A DNA stretch of 61,685 nucleotides, filler included, from Sphacelaria rigidula (taxonomy: Eukaryota): the NCBI GenBank assembly GCA_964200075.2. It is 8 parts of 8 records of this genome, joined end to end, with 100 filler letters (N's around TTAATTAATTAA, not from the genome) between each part and the next. Parts side by side here need not be neighbours in the genome. Positions count along the whole stretch, not along the records: positions 46,341 to 53,963 come from CAXNAA020014053.1; positions 54,064 to 61,685 come from CAXNAA020014054.1; 6 more parts are not named here. One strand, 5' to 3'. Each line of letters begins with the position of its first letter. Within the stretch, counting starts at the first letter, position 1. Below the pieces are notes generated by a model. That model made no database searches. It was not told where the DNA came from and saw only the letters and a program-made list of their open reading frames with translations. A program made the position numbers and the translations under genes. This document shows, piece after piece, positions 48,773 to 61,685 of this stretch.

Positions 48773-51700
48773 TCCTCTAAGCACGCGGTCCTCTCACGCA
48801 TTACAGATGTGACCCAGATCAAGATAGTGCATGCTGCGTATTTTATGGCTTACATGGCACACTTCAGGCACGGTCATGTTGAGGTATCATCTAGGGGGGG
48901 CTGTGCAGTACGTAGCTTAGCTGAACGCTTGGCTTGCCGAATGAGGTTGACGAGCGACGCAGTAAAGTTCACCTGAAGAAACCAAAGAAAATTACAAGAG
49001 CAAGATATTCATATTTTTTGTGTGTGTTCATGCATGGGAAGTTGCGAGCAGATGGTATAAGAGTGAGCTCACGCTATTATACGGAACTTGGGCACAGGTT
49101 ATGCGACGCAAAACGAGGAGAACCCTAACCAAAGTCCTATAAGTAGTGGAGAATGAAATCGTGACGGATACAGTCATGGCGCTGACGCTGAGCCGGCCAC
49201 AGGCGCGGAAGGCTACACGGAGAAAAAACGATAGCACTCGTGCCATCGATCATGGCTCAAGAATGTAGCAAACCTTGTAGCTAAATTCTATACTGACAGT
49301 ATGTTCGATGCATTTCTAAAGGCTCGTGCGTATGTCTCATTGGCGTCTATTTACAATATACTACCTCAAGTTCGACGTGGCACGGCTTGTTTCGGAGGTT
49401 TTCTCGCGAACTACTCTTCAAAAGAAGTCGAAAGTGCTAGCGTCGGTAGATTCTGGTACAAAAAGTAGGTCGTTCTCAAAACACAGTGCCCAAGTTAGTG
49501 CTAGTTGGTATTATTGGGCGATGCCAGTAGATACTCCGTTGATCATGAGGGTGTGATTGACCGTGAAACATAGTTTTTCGGCTCTCGTACAATGGCAGAA
49601 AACAAACAAGCCTTTTAATTTCTTCACAAATGCGATCGGGACAAGCTCGATCCACCGAAAATACCGAAGAGTCAGAACCTGAGTGGCAGGACCCCCGATG
49701 ACCGATTAGCCCGTGAGTCACTTAATATTGAATACAGATGAATTTCGTTTCACGGAATGTAAAGCTGATAGTAGTATCTTCAGATCCCCAACGTAATGAG
49801 CGGTGGCAACCGGAAGAGCCTTAGAAAATCGCCAATTACGAAGAAATTACCAAATATCCTACTTTGAACTTAAGGTATTGTAATTACGTCATACCCCTAC
49901 CAACATGCTCGACATTTACTATTGCCCTCTCCCCCTCCCACCTCCCACGTAAACTTGCGGGACTGTACTATCACCTGTCAAGAACTCGGAACAATCGACA
50001 TGCGCACTCAAACAGTCAAGTCGAGCGAGTACTCGACCAGGGGTCGTCCCTCAAGAACCACCGGGAAAGCATATAATGCTCCTGGGAATAGAGAGCACAG
50101 CATCTAGCTGGGCGTATCAATGGGACAATCCTGGTTCGGGAGGCGACTCAACGTCAGGCTTCCCTTCCTCGAGCATTACATCTTCTTTTGTCGCTTTCCG
50201 TCTTCCTCGAATACCAATTGCCGATCCCCGCTGTTTCAGGGCGCCTGTGGCAGCTTTTTCGCGAACATTAGTGTTTAACCCGGCCGCCGTCGTAACCAAT
50301 GCAGAGGCCCCAGTCACGGTACTTGCATGCCGCTTTACGTTTTCCCGCTGGAAGTTCTGAAACCTGAATGGTGTCCAGGCGACGGATCATACAGAGCAGA
50401 AGAGATTATGAAAAGGAGTCATGGCAGCTATACATGCATATTTTGTTTCCCATTGGCGGGAATATCAAGTCACGGTACCGTACCCCTTCTGGGGGTTATG
50501 GAGCAAGACACAACTGGCAACGGAAGGCACACAGTCGAAGAAACGCATATCTCATTACGAAGTCTTCAGAGTTTCGCCGGTTTGTTATTCACTGCTCGTC
50601 CGAAACGTTTCGATACAGTAGCGTTCAATCACCTCTCGTGTGTCTTGATGATGTCCGCGGCTCCCATACCCGGCACCTTCGAGAGATACCCCGCATCAGC
50701 CATCCGTTTGTACATCTTCACAATCTGCGGGCGAAGGAAGGAGGAACATGACTAAGAGATATGTCGAACAGGTTCACCGTCGGTGAGCAGGTGTCCTAAC
50801 GGCAGTGTCTGCCGTTGGTCTACAGCAGTAATTGACGTTCTCCAGCATGCCCTTCCTGTTTTCCGATTGAAATCAAAAGTGTCATATTTGTTCGTGCGAA
50901 ACAAATGAAAGATGATATCCATGTATTATATACCCACCTTTGACCGATTCCGAGTGAACACAAGCCGACATGAACAGCCATTAGGCACACACAATGTAGA
51001 CTAAATGGCCTCGGGGTATATAACCATAATCACCATTACCAGCATTTCTGTTGCACAACCTCCCGTTCAACCAACCTTGGTTCAAGCAACCGATCGATGG
51101 ACGTGGAATTACCATGCACGAACGCGCCAGACGGTGTTCTCCAAGCTGCACTCCAGAAACGTACGGATGGGAAATAGGTAGTTGGACACGACCGACAGCC
51201 ACAACCGACCATCACAGCAGGATGTTTAACTCGGCACCAGAAACAGCAGGCTATGCAAAGTGTTACCCAAGACAATACGACATCCAAGTTCGTATCCCTC
51301 GCAAGTTGCAACGACCAAGAACCCGAACGTTATATACTTGGATGCATCCCATCGAGAAATTTCGGCATACAGAATCCATAGCAGTGCAAGGTCGTGTCTA
51401 TGGTAACATCTAGGCCCAACATATCTCCGGGTTCATACACTTTACGGAAGCCTGAAGCTAGAACACGCGATGTTCGTGCTTTCGGATAGTGCCCCATTTG
51501 ATCTCACGTCGAACACACGTTCCGGCACAGGCTTTCCCCCGACAAGAAATCTGTCGAGCAGCTTCTCGCGAACGGCCCAATTGGGAACGTTGCCCCTTCG
51601 TCCGATGTCGCAATACCAGAGTCGGACTACGTTGGGCCTCTCCTCGTCCTGCACACGTGCGAATGGAAGACGATGAAATAGACAAGAGGGGGATGGGGAA

Positions 51701-53963
51701 GGACAAAGGCAGGGGCCCAAAATACAGCCAGGAAAATTCAAGAAAAAGAAACAGTGACAGAGAGAAAGGAGCACATAGGTGGCAAGGCACAGGAACAACC
51801 ACAGATGGACGAGGAAGAACAAACAGATAACATCGGAAGAGATGCATAAATGCGGGTTGGGCGTGGTCTTACTCTGCCGTGCGAGACCAGCAACCAATAC
51901 GTGATGGCCTAACCCCAACCCTGGACAGGAGGAAGATTTGGCATCGAAATGGTTCCAACTCACTAATCGTACTCTTCCCTCTAAAAATAGCGCGAAAGTA
52001 TAACGAAACGCTAGCAAATATTGGCCTACGAAGCGGTTGGCGAAAATAAGTAAAATCTTCACAGCAGATAATAAATACGCTGGTGCTTTGTAGGGAAGTA
52101 TTTCCGCGAGCGTGGCCCATGCAGGTCTTACACTCACCTTCCGAAGTACAAATGATGCAGATTCAATAGATGATTCACCCTGGCAGTCGAAGGATTGAAG
52201 AGTGTCTTAGACCGAATCTAGGGTCTGATCTACTAGGCGGTATGCGTACCATTTACTTTTACGGCCCGCAGGAATAGATACAACCCACCCCCCTTGGGAG
52301 GCTGTACGTCTGTCCACCATGAGATACGTAGAGGGTTCACTAAATCTTATTGTCAATGTGCCAGAGTTCTCTGCTCCTTTCGTTTTAGCCCGCCAGCCCC
52401 CTGGCGAGAATCTTAGCGTTCAAGTATGGGAACGTAATTGTGCCATCATGTCAAGGGGTGGGTACAATAGTCGTATTCGATTGTAGACCAACAGTTGTAT
52501 TCACTCGTAAAAACTACTGGCGGCGGTAATTGCACCCTGTTTGTACTACTCTGTTGGTGCCCTGTTGGTACTTTGTTGGGCGGTGCTCTCCCCTCTTCTA
52601 CATAAAGTCCTCACCTCTGCCACCCGCGAACGTTTGAAAGTCGCGAAGCTATGGCATGCAGCAGACATGCATTGACACGAAAAATAGGCCGTGAGCCACA
52701 GACGAAAGTTTGACACATACTCATACACTGCTTGGGGTTACCCTGAAGGGGCGCATCCGAAACGTATTATAATCGGCAATACCCTACCGCTGGACACCAC
52801 TCGCACGTACGTGCGTGCACGTACCACTAGCCTTCCCAGTCCCGCGTAAAGATCGATTATCTGCACGTCCGAGGTATGGTCGTCCATAAGGTTGTCTCCT
52901 TTCTCTTGCGGAGACGTGTCCTGCGTGCGTGGTTCCCAGGCAGGTATCAGCACAAACACATGTGACGGGTAGCGTGAAACAACGGAGATGGCAGCGTGCG
53001 AACTAACGAAGCTTGACAAAAACACACACAGCACAAGGACGTACAAAATATATGTGACGTCAACATACGTAACACACGCCGCGTCGCAGATTACAGCAGG
53101 GATTACCCATACGAGAAAATATTTCCGCCCGTGCCCCTGCAGTCTCTACAGGGTGTGTGTAGCGACCGCCCGTCTGTAACCAAAAATATGCCGTCAATGC
53201 ACATACTGCCGCTAGTCAATTGTGTCTCATCTTCGAGGGGAAAAGAGCAGCGACGGAAACAGTCCTGTCACCGCGGGGGTGTCACCCCGACAGTCCAGTA
53301 TGATATTCGTTTGGCGCAAAAGTACAGCACGCGAAGGTCGTTACTGACTTCTCGTGACATCGTCCGCTGTATTTTCTTCATATACCGTGTCTTTTTCAGT
53401 ATACACGCAAATGTCACCGGAGGAAACACGCAGTGCCAACAGCGACTCATGGAACACGAGGCGTTGGGCACCACGGCGCGCGCCGCACCGCCCATACCAC
53501 CAAATACATAGAGGCATTTTCCAAAAGACCAGGGTGGGCAACCAATCCCTCACCAGCAGGAGCTTGATCAGCTTCCGCTCGTCCGGGTATGCCATATTCA
53601 GATCGTAGTGCCTCGCGATCTTCAAGGGATTAAGCACGTTCAAGTAGCTTCCCGAAAATCAAGCAAATAAGGAGGCAGCCAAACGACCCCACGCGAAACG
53701 GGCGAACACATGGGAGAACCATCACACCGACGAACGAACGGAAGGAAAACCAAGATGTGAACGAGAAAGCGAACAAGCAAGAATTTGTGAGCCTACCGAT
53801 CACCCAAGAATATGAGCGCGCTCAGCGAGGGTTTCAGCATATTAGTAGGTACCTTCCGGACAAGGGCACAAACATAGGAAACGTGGGCGCCTGCAAACAG
53901 CCAATCATCTATGTTGAGGATGGTGCTTTTGATTGAGGATGAGAACCCGGAGGATTAAAATCT

Positions 53964-54063
53964 NNNNNNNNNNNNNNNNNNNNNNNNNNNNNNNNNNNNN
54001 NNNNNNNTTAATTAATTAANNNNNNNNNNNNNNNNNNNNNNNNNNNNNNNNNNNNNNNNNNNN
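53964..54063. other. Artificial contig linker
   Basis: Same 100-nt spacer. Confidence 0.98.
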
Positions 54064-54836
54064 ACTTCCAAGAGTTGAGGCTCGTCGGAAAGGGTGACAC
54101 CGGAACTGCCGCTGTACCGAAGATGGTAAGCTGCTCCAGTAGCCTGCTCATTCTTTTTGTAGGCTAAGGCACCATTGAGGGTACCAAAGTGTTCCAGTTG
54201 GAGCTCTCCACGAGGCGCCGACTGAAGCGATGAGGGTGGGAGGGTGCGGTACGTACGTTGGTCGAACCGCATGTAGCTATCCCTGCCAAGAAGGAGAGCA
54301 TGATGCATGGTGTTGTCAGGGACGATGTATGCCCAAACTGCGAGACTAGCCGAACGTGTATCGTGGTGGAAAAATTGCACACTAAGACGAACAGATTTTC
54401 GTGTCGTCAAGGGTGAATTTGAGTCGCCGAAACCGCCCCAAACGCGAGGTTGGGTGGTGATTCCGCAGACATCGGAAGCAGCTCTAGTCTGCTTCATATG
54501 ATTCCACATGGATTCTTTGATGAATGTTTGTGGACTTCCGCTGTCTAGCAACGAGACGCACTTAGCACGCGCGGTGGCGTAAGGACCGCAGTGTAATGCT
54601 ACGCGGGTAGTGAAGGTGGAAGGATCAACGGACACCTTACCACCAACAAGGTCAGGGCCATGTTCAGATAACGTGAATTGGTCAGGATTAGTTGGACTGA
54701 CCGTGAAAACGGATCGCGGGTGATCCGCGGGGGGTTCGAAGGTATCGGTAGACATCGTGGGGGGCTTATCCGATCGTGAAGGGCAGCATAAATCATGATT
54801 TTGATCATCTCGCATATCACTGGCTTGGAAGTACAA
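54064..54836 (-). CDS. pol: Retroviral-type aspartic protease (start of pol), truncated by the contig end
   Basis: CVSLLDSGSPQTFI (Asp 54545-54543), flap-like VWGGFG and ALLLGRD retropepsin motifs. Confidence 0.85.
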
Positions 54837-55880
54837 GGATCATTGTTGAAGAGAGATTGCTGCGGAGGGCGACAGGGGTCATGGGTGGAGGATGCGGTAC
54901 CGTCTGAAATGTCCGATTTGGATTCCTCTGGGATGCCTGGCAATGTCATCGAGCTCAAAGTCGCCGCTTTATGGGGAAAATGAGGTCGGAATTTTCCTCT
55001 GACGGGAGGGGGGCGTGTCAATGCTCGCGCTTTCGTGGGGGCATGACGACGAGGCTTCCTCTCGTGCCATGACAAATGACTGGGAACTTCCAAGACTTCT
55101 TGGGAAACTGCAACTGCGTCCAGTTGAGGTGATGTTGTCAACATCGGGGCATGCTCGGCCGAAACTTGTGGACTGTCCGCTGGCAAGCTCGGTACAAAGG
55201 GCACTGCTGAATGTGAAAGGGGACGAGTGTTGTCCGCTGTATGTCGGGGTAGTTTCGCGGAAGAAGAGTGTCGCGAAAAACGACTACGATCAGGCCGGGC
55301 GGGAGTCGAAGGGTTTTAAGTGGTCAGTTTCGAATCATCAACACCAGAACCAGGTGAAGGAAGTCTGCTACAACCGGTGCGTGCGGCCGTTGAGGGAAGC
55401 CTGTGCCTCAAGGGTCCGCGGTCGGTCTTCCCACACCTCAGATTTGTGCTTAGTTCCGGAGGACCAATTCTGGAGCCAAGTATAGAGCTGGGTTGTGAGT
55501 CAACACAACGGTTACGCTGCGTAGATGAAGATAAAGACGGGGGTCGATAAGAACGGCCGTTAAGTGATCTTCTGAATAGTGATGAGTGAGAACGTGTTGT
55601 CACCCGAGTGTTGTTGTGTGTTGGATGAGTCTTCGATTCTGCTATCGGCGGCGCCGAAGACTTCACGCCGTCGTCGGCGGGTCATGGGTCGTTGCGATCC
55701 GTCATGAAATGAACCAGGGTTTCTGGCATTGGGGTTGGTGTTGTGGTGAGTCGGCCCTGTTCGCTGGTGATGACCATGCGAAGACTGAGAAGGGCGGAAA
55801 GCACTATCTCTATGGCGAGTCCCTGAGACTGTGTTAGTGGTGTGGCGGCGGTCGCGATTTGAGCGAGAGTCGCTATGAGT

Positions 55881-58800
55881 TTAGTAAGGCTGGCGAGGGT
55901 GGCGAGAAGGTGGAGTGTATTCGCGCATGCGTTTTTGCCATCGACGCCACGTCTGCCTGTTGCTCTGAAGTTCAGGGTTCATGAGCGAAAAAATATTGAT
56001 GCAAGGTTCAGGGCAATCTCGCATACTGTGGCCAGTACCATTGCAGTTAATGCATGTGTTAGCATGGCGACGAAACGCATCCCTGCGAGCCGAAGGCGAT
56101 AGCAAGGGGGTCCACAAATGTGGGTCATCGGTGATGAAAGCAGTCGTGGAAACGACATAAACGTCATCAAAGGTATCTGCCGAAAAAGGCCAAGCATCAA
56201 AGCTTGCACGGAACGGGTCGTTTTTGTTACGAACAGGCATGACCGATCCACCGACAGAGTTTGGTGTCCAAGTATTATTGGATAAAGTCTGAGTGCATCC
56301 ACAAGGCCCGTTGGTACTCGTTGAAGCGGCACGCAAGGTCTGCGAAGACCCAGAAGAACTCTGTGCGCCACGAATGGCAGGCGTTAAATTATGTTCCTGA
56401 TCTACAAACGCATTCCACATCGCGTCTACAGAGGCGTAAGGCACCTCTGTATGCGTCAAAGCGCCCGGAAACAAAGACGGCATCAGCGTCGGAAATTGCT
56501 GAGCGATACTATTGCGAACGTATGTCTGACACATAGCATCACTGGGGCCATTCTGTCGCCCGGTACCAGTCACACTCGACACCAAAAGCTTGGACTCGCG
56601 GAGGTAGTCAGTAAAGGGCACGTCTGTCGCGACGGCGAAGGAACTAAGGCGTTTGATGGCGCCTGCCTGATCAGACTTATCGAAGTACCCTATGAAACGC
56701 CTTTCCAAATTGCTGAATAATAACCGCGCTGGTTGCCCACGGGCACGATCTTGGTCCACGGCGGCGAAGAAGAAATCGAGAATCTGCGTCAAAGAGGCAA
56801 CAACGTCGGGGGAGCGACGGCTGATTGAGCGGTACAAAGCCTTATGCAGCGGTGTTTGCCAGCCATCGATCCAGTCAGAGTCTTCGAAACGTTGTTGATC
56901 AGTTGCATCGGCCAACTCAAGAATATTGCGCATCGTTCGACGCATTGAGGAAATGAGAGCGGACGTAAACTGGCCAGAGTAATCATTGTCTGCAGCAGGC
57001 ATGATTTTGATATGCCATAATTTCTTAACACCCATCTGCAAATACTCGCGCTTGATCGCGGCGACACGAGAAGCTTCTCTACGAGTATCAGCAGCGGCTT
57101 TGTCAACCGCAGCTTGTTGTTTAGCAGCGGCGGCGGCAGCTAGTGACCGAGCCGAGTTCGAAGACAATGGGCGAGCCGAATTATCACTGTCACTATCCGT
57201 GAGGCCTAAGATGCGAGCAGACGCATCAGCCAAAGGAGGCGTTACTTGCCTGACGGCCGAGGGGGGCCGGTCGGTCCGCGTTGAAGCGTGGTGGCGGTGT
57301 CGTGCAGTCGACGATCCCGAAGACTGGTTGCCAGCCCGTTTGTGAGTGCCGCGAGTCGATCGTCGATTGTTGTCGGTAAGACGGTGGGGCCCGTGCCCAC
57401 GGCGTGGGGCAGCCCCGGAAGGGTCGTCGTCAGAGTCATCATCATGACGACGGCGACGGGGGTGCGGGGTGATCCAAGCTCCATCATTGTCGGGCGGCAG
57501 TGTGTTGCGGGCTGCCCGCATGGCGGCGAAGAGGGCGGCAACGGCGGTCTCATATTGAGAACGAGCGTCCCCGGTACCAATCGTGAGATAAAACACGATC
57601 CGTTCAATGGTGAGAGCGCCGGGGTCGTTGCGCGGGAGCTGTCCACCTTGTTGGAGGAAGGGGACGATCACACCAGTGACGGGCAGGAGAAGGGAGCTCC
57701 AAGCCTGCTCAGAGGCGCGGAGTACGTTGTTGCTATTGTACTCCCCGGAAAGTTGACGGAGCGTCCAACCGAACCAAGCCCGTTCGCTGCTCTGCAGGTG
57801 CAGCCCGGACGTGGCAGCGGGGGGCGCCGAAGCTCGAAGGGCTTGCAGTGGTGCAGGCGGGGGAAGCGTGGGCGAGGCCGCAGAAACCGCGGCAGCAGCG
57901 CGTGAGCGCGAAGGTTCGCGGTCGGTTCGAGAGCCAGGAATAGCGGCGGCAGGTGCAGGCTCTGCCGGCGTGGTCCGGAGCAGAGGAAGACGGTGTTCTT
58001 GTTCCATGGAACGGAGAGCCGTAGTCGCAGTTTCGATCACGGTTCCCCATTGACGGAGACGATGTTCATCGTGGCGTACGGCATCCTGTACCTGGCCGAG
58101 CGTAGCGAGGCGTTCATCGAGGGTACGTTGAGCCGCCCTTGACGGCTGGATGCCGAAGCAACGACCTGGCGCTGGCGCGCCAGTCGTTCCGCGAGGTCGT
58201 CCGGAAGGTGACGGGGAGCAGCGTTGTTCACCGGTTGTCGGGGCGAAGTTGGCGCCAGGGTCGTGGCTGGTTCGAAAACTTGGTATGCAGCCAAAATGTG
58301 TTCCTGGTCGGCGCGGGTGCCATGAAGCCAGAGCCGGGGCGGAAGGCCCGACGAGCAATGCTCGACGCCTAGCAAGGGGCGATCGTCCGCGTGGGGCTCG
58401 GGGGCAGGCACCGGAGCCGAGTCTGAGGCAGTAGGGTTTGGTGGCGAAGGGGCCGGTGTCGCCGAGGCGGCCGTGACAGGGGCGCGGCCGTGATCCGCCG
58501 TGGCGGAATCCGCGGGGGCCGCCGCACGGGGAGCGGGGGGCGTGACACGGGTGCTCTCGGCATCCGTGTCAATGTCGGCTGCTGTAGAAGGGGCAGTGGC
58601 TGCGATTGGCGCAGTAGTCGAAGGTGCAGGAGCATTGGCCATAGTTGCAGCGGAACGTAAGTAGCGACGAAGATCTGCAATTTGTCGTTCGACAGCACGC
58701 ACAGTGGCAGCATCAGGATGGGGCGGAAGGGCACGGTGAGTGCTGTGTCCGCCGCGCAAAGGTGCGTGGATATTAGCCAACGAAGCATCAACGGGTAGTC

Positions 58801-59699
58801 GTGAGCTTACATATGTCTGATCGACAGATTTAGGCGGTGAAGATGCCGTAGTTGAAGATAGTCCCGATAGCAGAGCACGTACATCATGGGCACGAGTAGT
58901 GGTATCACCGTGTTGAACAAAGGTCGCCATGGTCCAAATCAAAATCAGAAACATCATCTGAGGTTGGACGTACATCATCAGAGTCGGCAGCCAGTGGTGC
59001 AGAGGCTTGATGGTTCATATTACTGTCAAGGCGAACATGATCAGAAGAAGTTGAATGTTCAACGGCTGTGTGAAACGCGGCCGCAAGCGCTAGTGAAAGG
59101 GCAGTGGTCGCCGGACCGTCAGAAATGACAGCCGGTGACGAACGAATCAAGTGCTCAAGGGCCGCTACTAAAGGCAAGTGCTCTGTGGAAGGCGCTGCAG
59201 AGCGGCCACGGCGCGAGGAGGATGGTTGGCGCGAGGTGCGGTGAACAGAAATGTCCTCACGATACCTGTCTTGTCGGCGCTGGCGCTGGGAGACGTCGTA
59301 ACGCTCAACATCGCGAGCGCGGGGTGAGTCAACAACCGCTGTAAAAGCCTGAAGCGGGTGGCGTTCCACGACAGTGGCGACGCGTGGCGACCCATCAGAC
59401 ATGTGGGAGCCCTGAGACTGAGCCCGTTGCACAACAGAGCGAGCGCGGAGCGACTAGTCGATAATGCCGGGAGTCTTGAACAGATGGCGATTGTGGGCAC
59501 CAGCAGCAGCTAAGTCTTGAAACGTGTAGTCGCCAGAGATGCGGGTCGAAGCTCTGTCGGATTTCACTTCTTCCTGTACAGGGAAAGTAATAGTGAAGGG
59601 TTTTGGTTTTGAAGGGATTGATGAAAGCAAACGCTGACAGCGTAAATATTCGTAAGTAGGCAAGACCAAGGGGAAAGTTATTTTCTGCGGTTGCGCCAT
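55881..59699 (-). pseudogene. gag: Gag-like polyprotein (~1270 codons) with one in-frame stop and two compensating frameshifts
   Basis: ATG at 59699; TAG at 59456-59454; frame changes near 58920 and 58140; 825-aa ORF ends with CINCNGTGHSMRDC (CX2CX4HX4C, 56054-56013). Confidence 0.75.
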
Positions 59700-61685
59700 A
59701 TTAAGGTGAAGGGGTAGAAATAGACGTAAGACACCAGAGTGCAAAGGTTCTGGTATAATAATAGCAGGTAGTGTAGACTCGGCAGGAGATTGTAAGTACC
59801 GAAAAAAAGAACACTTAAGCAGTAAAGACTACAGAATTTTAGAACCGGAGTTACACCAAACTAGAGTAGACTGCTGTGACAATAACAATCAGCGTAATCA
59901 CGGCAATTCCAAGGACCAAAAGGCAGACAGCAAAGCAAAAAGGTGGAGATTATTAAGCACCGAAAAGGGAGAATCTGCGGCGGAAATAAGACACCTCTAG
60001 AGAAAATTGTAAATGGGGGAGTAGGGGGGGGCGCACGGAGGGTGTACCAAGGCGAAAATAGTCGCAAGGGAACAAACCCACAGATATACCCGGATAAACC
60101 CAATAGCGGTCGCACGAGGGGTTTGGTGCGAGAGTAGAACCGAACAATGAGGCGACTGTGAAAGGAGACAGACACTCGGTCAAATGTCGTACGGCCGCGC
60201 TGTGCACGGCAAAGATGACAGGTGTACGTAGTGGTCAGGCACACACTGGAGAGGGGTATTGCAGTGGTGCAATAAAATACCGCACACAGGAGGTGTAGAA
60301 AAACGCTACTTGAGACCGCCGAAGGAGGCACCAACACTAGCGTAGAATGCGTTGCTAAAAAGGGGGGCGATGTTTAAGTATCTGTGAAAGTCAAGACAGA
60401 AATATAATTAAAAGTGCGGCTACGAGGGTGTGAAACAGAAAACTCAAGTGCAGGGGTCCAAGAGAAGGCAGCTGTAGCAGTCGACTGAAACACGATCTGT
60501 TGGTGCAGGTCAGGTGCCAAGCTAAAAGGCTACAGGGGAATGCAAAAAATTTCGAACAAGAATTCAGGGAATCGTGAAGGGATCCAGGTGGTGGAGCACC
60601 AAAGGGGAAAAAATGGAACACGCTGTCCAAGGCTAAAAGGAAAAGAAAAGAAAACGTGTATGCAGTACCCGCGCGAAAGAAAAAAAAAAAAATGTATTCA
60701 CCAGTACTCGCACAAAAAATGAAGAGCGTGTTGGGAATGCACGACCCAAAGGTGAGAAATTGACCACGTAGTGCTCACCCAGCGAAGAATGTAGTAGCGG
60801 GGCGGAGGTGTGATAGAAAACCTGGTGAGAGGTGCGGCGAAAGATGACAGCACCGAATGTATCGATTAGGTTGGTGCAGATGATCGCGCGGAAGAACAAA
60901 TGGTGTGCGCGACAGTACTCTGCACGCTGGAGCGGCAATCGCGACTACCACAACCGTGCTGCGGTAGTTGTGGCTACGCAATTGTCGCGCCGAAAAAGTA
61001 TGAATACACTAAAGTAGTCAGTGTCAAGAGTAAAAGGACACCACACTATAAGCACAGCAGCGGCACACAAGTGGCAACGTCCGCAAGGAGAAAAGGTACA
61101 GTCGATGTCACCGTAAGAGAGAAGCGGCGTGTTCTGGATCGGTTCAGTAAGGGATAGGTTCAACTGTTCGTAGAGGTTTGACAACAACCCAGTTGACACA
61201 ACGTTGGGCGGGGTTGAAAAGGACGATGACAACGGAACAAGGGCGCTGCAAAGCAAGAGTGTCGCCCAACTAAAGGAGCGACCCAAACAAAAGAGGGACA
61301 AATGGCAGGTTGCAATCGTTGCTGCTGCGGCGGGAATGTAACGGAAAGAAATGCAGGGAGGCAGCACTGTAGTACAGGGAAACAAAAGCACTCTAAAAGC
61401 TTCAACGAAAACGAAGGACTGTTGGAACTGCTACTAACCGGGGGGGTCAAAATACAGATGAACCAAAAGTGAGGAGCAGCAAACGGGGCTACAGAAAGGG
61501 ACAGCTACACAACGCGGCAAGGCTATGAGAATACGCGTCGGCTACTGAAAAACCAAGCAAGATACGCCGAATTCGTCGAACGTCGGTGTGATATAGAGGG
61601 GGGGTATAGACAGGGTCCACACCTTCCTAGCTATGATCAGTGTGCTGCAAGCTTGAGTAGGTGCGCAAACGCACCAGGTGTCCGA

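Larger units (their letters stand above)
54064..61685 (-). mobile_element. 5' half of an LTR retrotransposon (probably Ty3/Gypsy-like): long leader, gag-like ORF, protease; RT/IN lie beyond the contig end
   Basis: CCHC knuckle followed downstream by a retropepsin; no introns; ~1.9-kb non-coding leader; possible LTR end (..CA) at 61641. Confidence 0.8.

Noticed and set aside
49370-50730. Multi-exon hAT-like transposase remnant on the minus strand (FQNFQRENVKRHAST, ESTDAS)
   Set aside because: Motif resemblance is too short and the frames are full of stops; needs an HMM search.
51442-52137. 231-aa hydrophobic ORF
   Set aside because: Antisense of a purine-rich degenerate stretch; no domain or splice support.
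52735-52775. Minimal hammerhead (CTGAAGG..GAAACGTA)
   Set aside because: Core mismatch, stem II of only 2 bp and no stem I pairing.
57288-58434. Plus-strand ORFs overlapping gag
   Set aside because: GC-rich antisense shadows of the Gag-like frame.

Overview
This window is not one locus. It is eight unrelated, length-sorted eukaryotic contigs (1-7624, 7725-15348, 15449-23071, 23172-30794, 30895-38517, 38618-46240, 46341-53963, 54064-61685; 7622-7624 bp each) joined by identical 100-nt N44-TTAATTAATTAA-N44 spacers. The DNA is repeat-rich, with GT-AG introns, CTGAC-type branch sites and TTAGGG tracts. My inference, not proven, is a stramenopile such as a brown alga. Most of the content is transposon-derived. 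(i) A decayed Penelope-like retroelement RT with no visible GIY-YIG endonuclease, CCCTAA-like sequence upstream and tandem hairpin units right after its stop. (ii) The 5' half of an LTR retrotransposon with a very long Gag-like ORF (CCHC knuckle) and a DSG retropepsin. (iii) Many non-autonomous TIR elements: hAT-type with 8-bp TSDs, TA-flanked elements carrying a tRNA-like Pol III cassette, and foldbacks, one wrapped around telomeric repeats. (iv) tRNA-derived SINEs. (v) Several minisatellites. Host-gene candidates are a three-exon AT-hook/acidic low-complexity protein, a terminal exon of an unknown gene and a Ser/Arg-rich repeat exon. Most ORFs in the six-frame track look spurious. I found no CRISPR array, rRNA or intact tRNA. 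The best candidates for undescribed biology are the endonuclease-less Penelope-like element with its 3' structured repeats and the telomere-repeat foldback.
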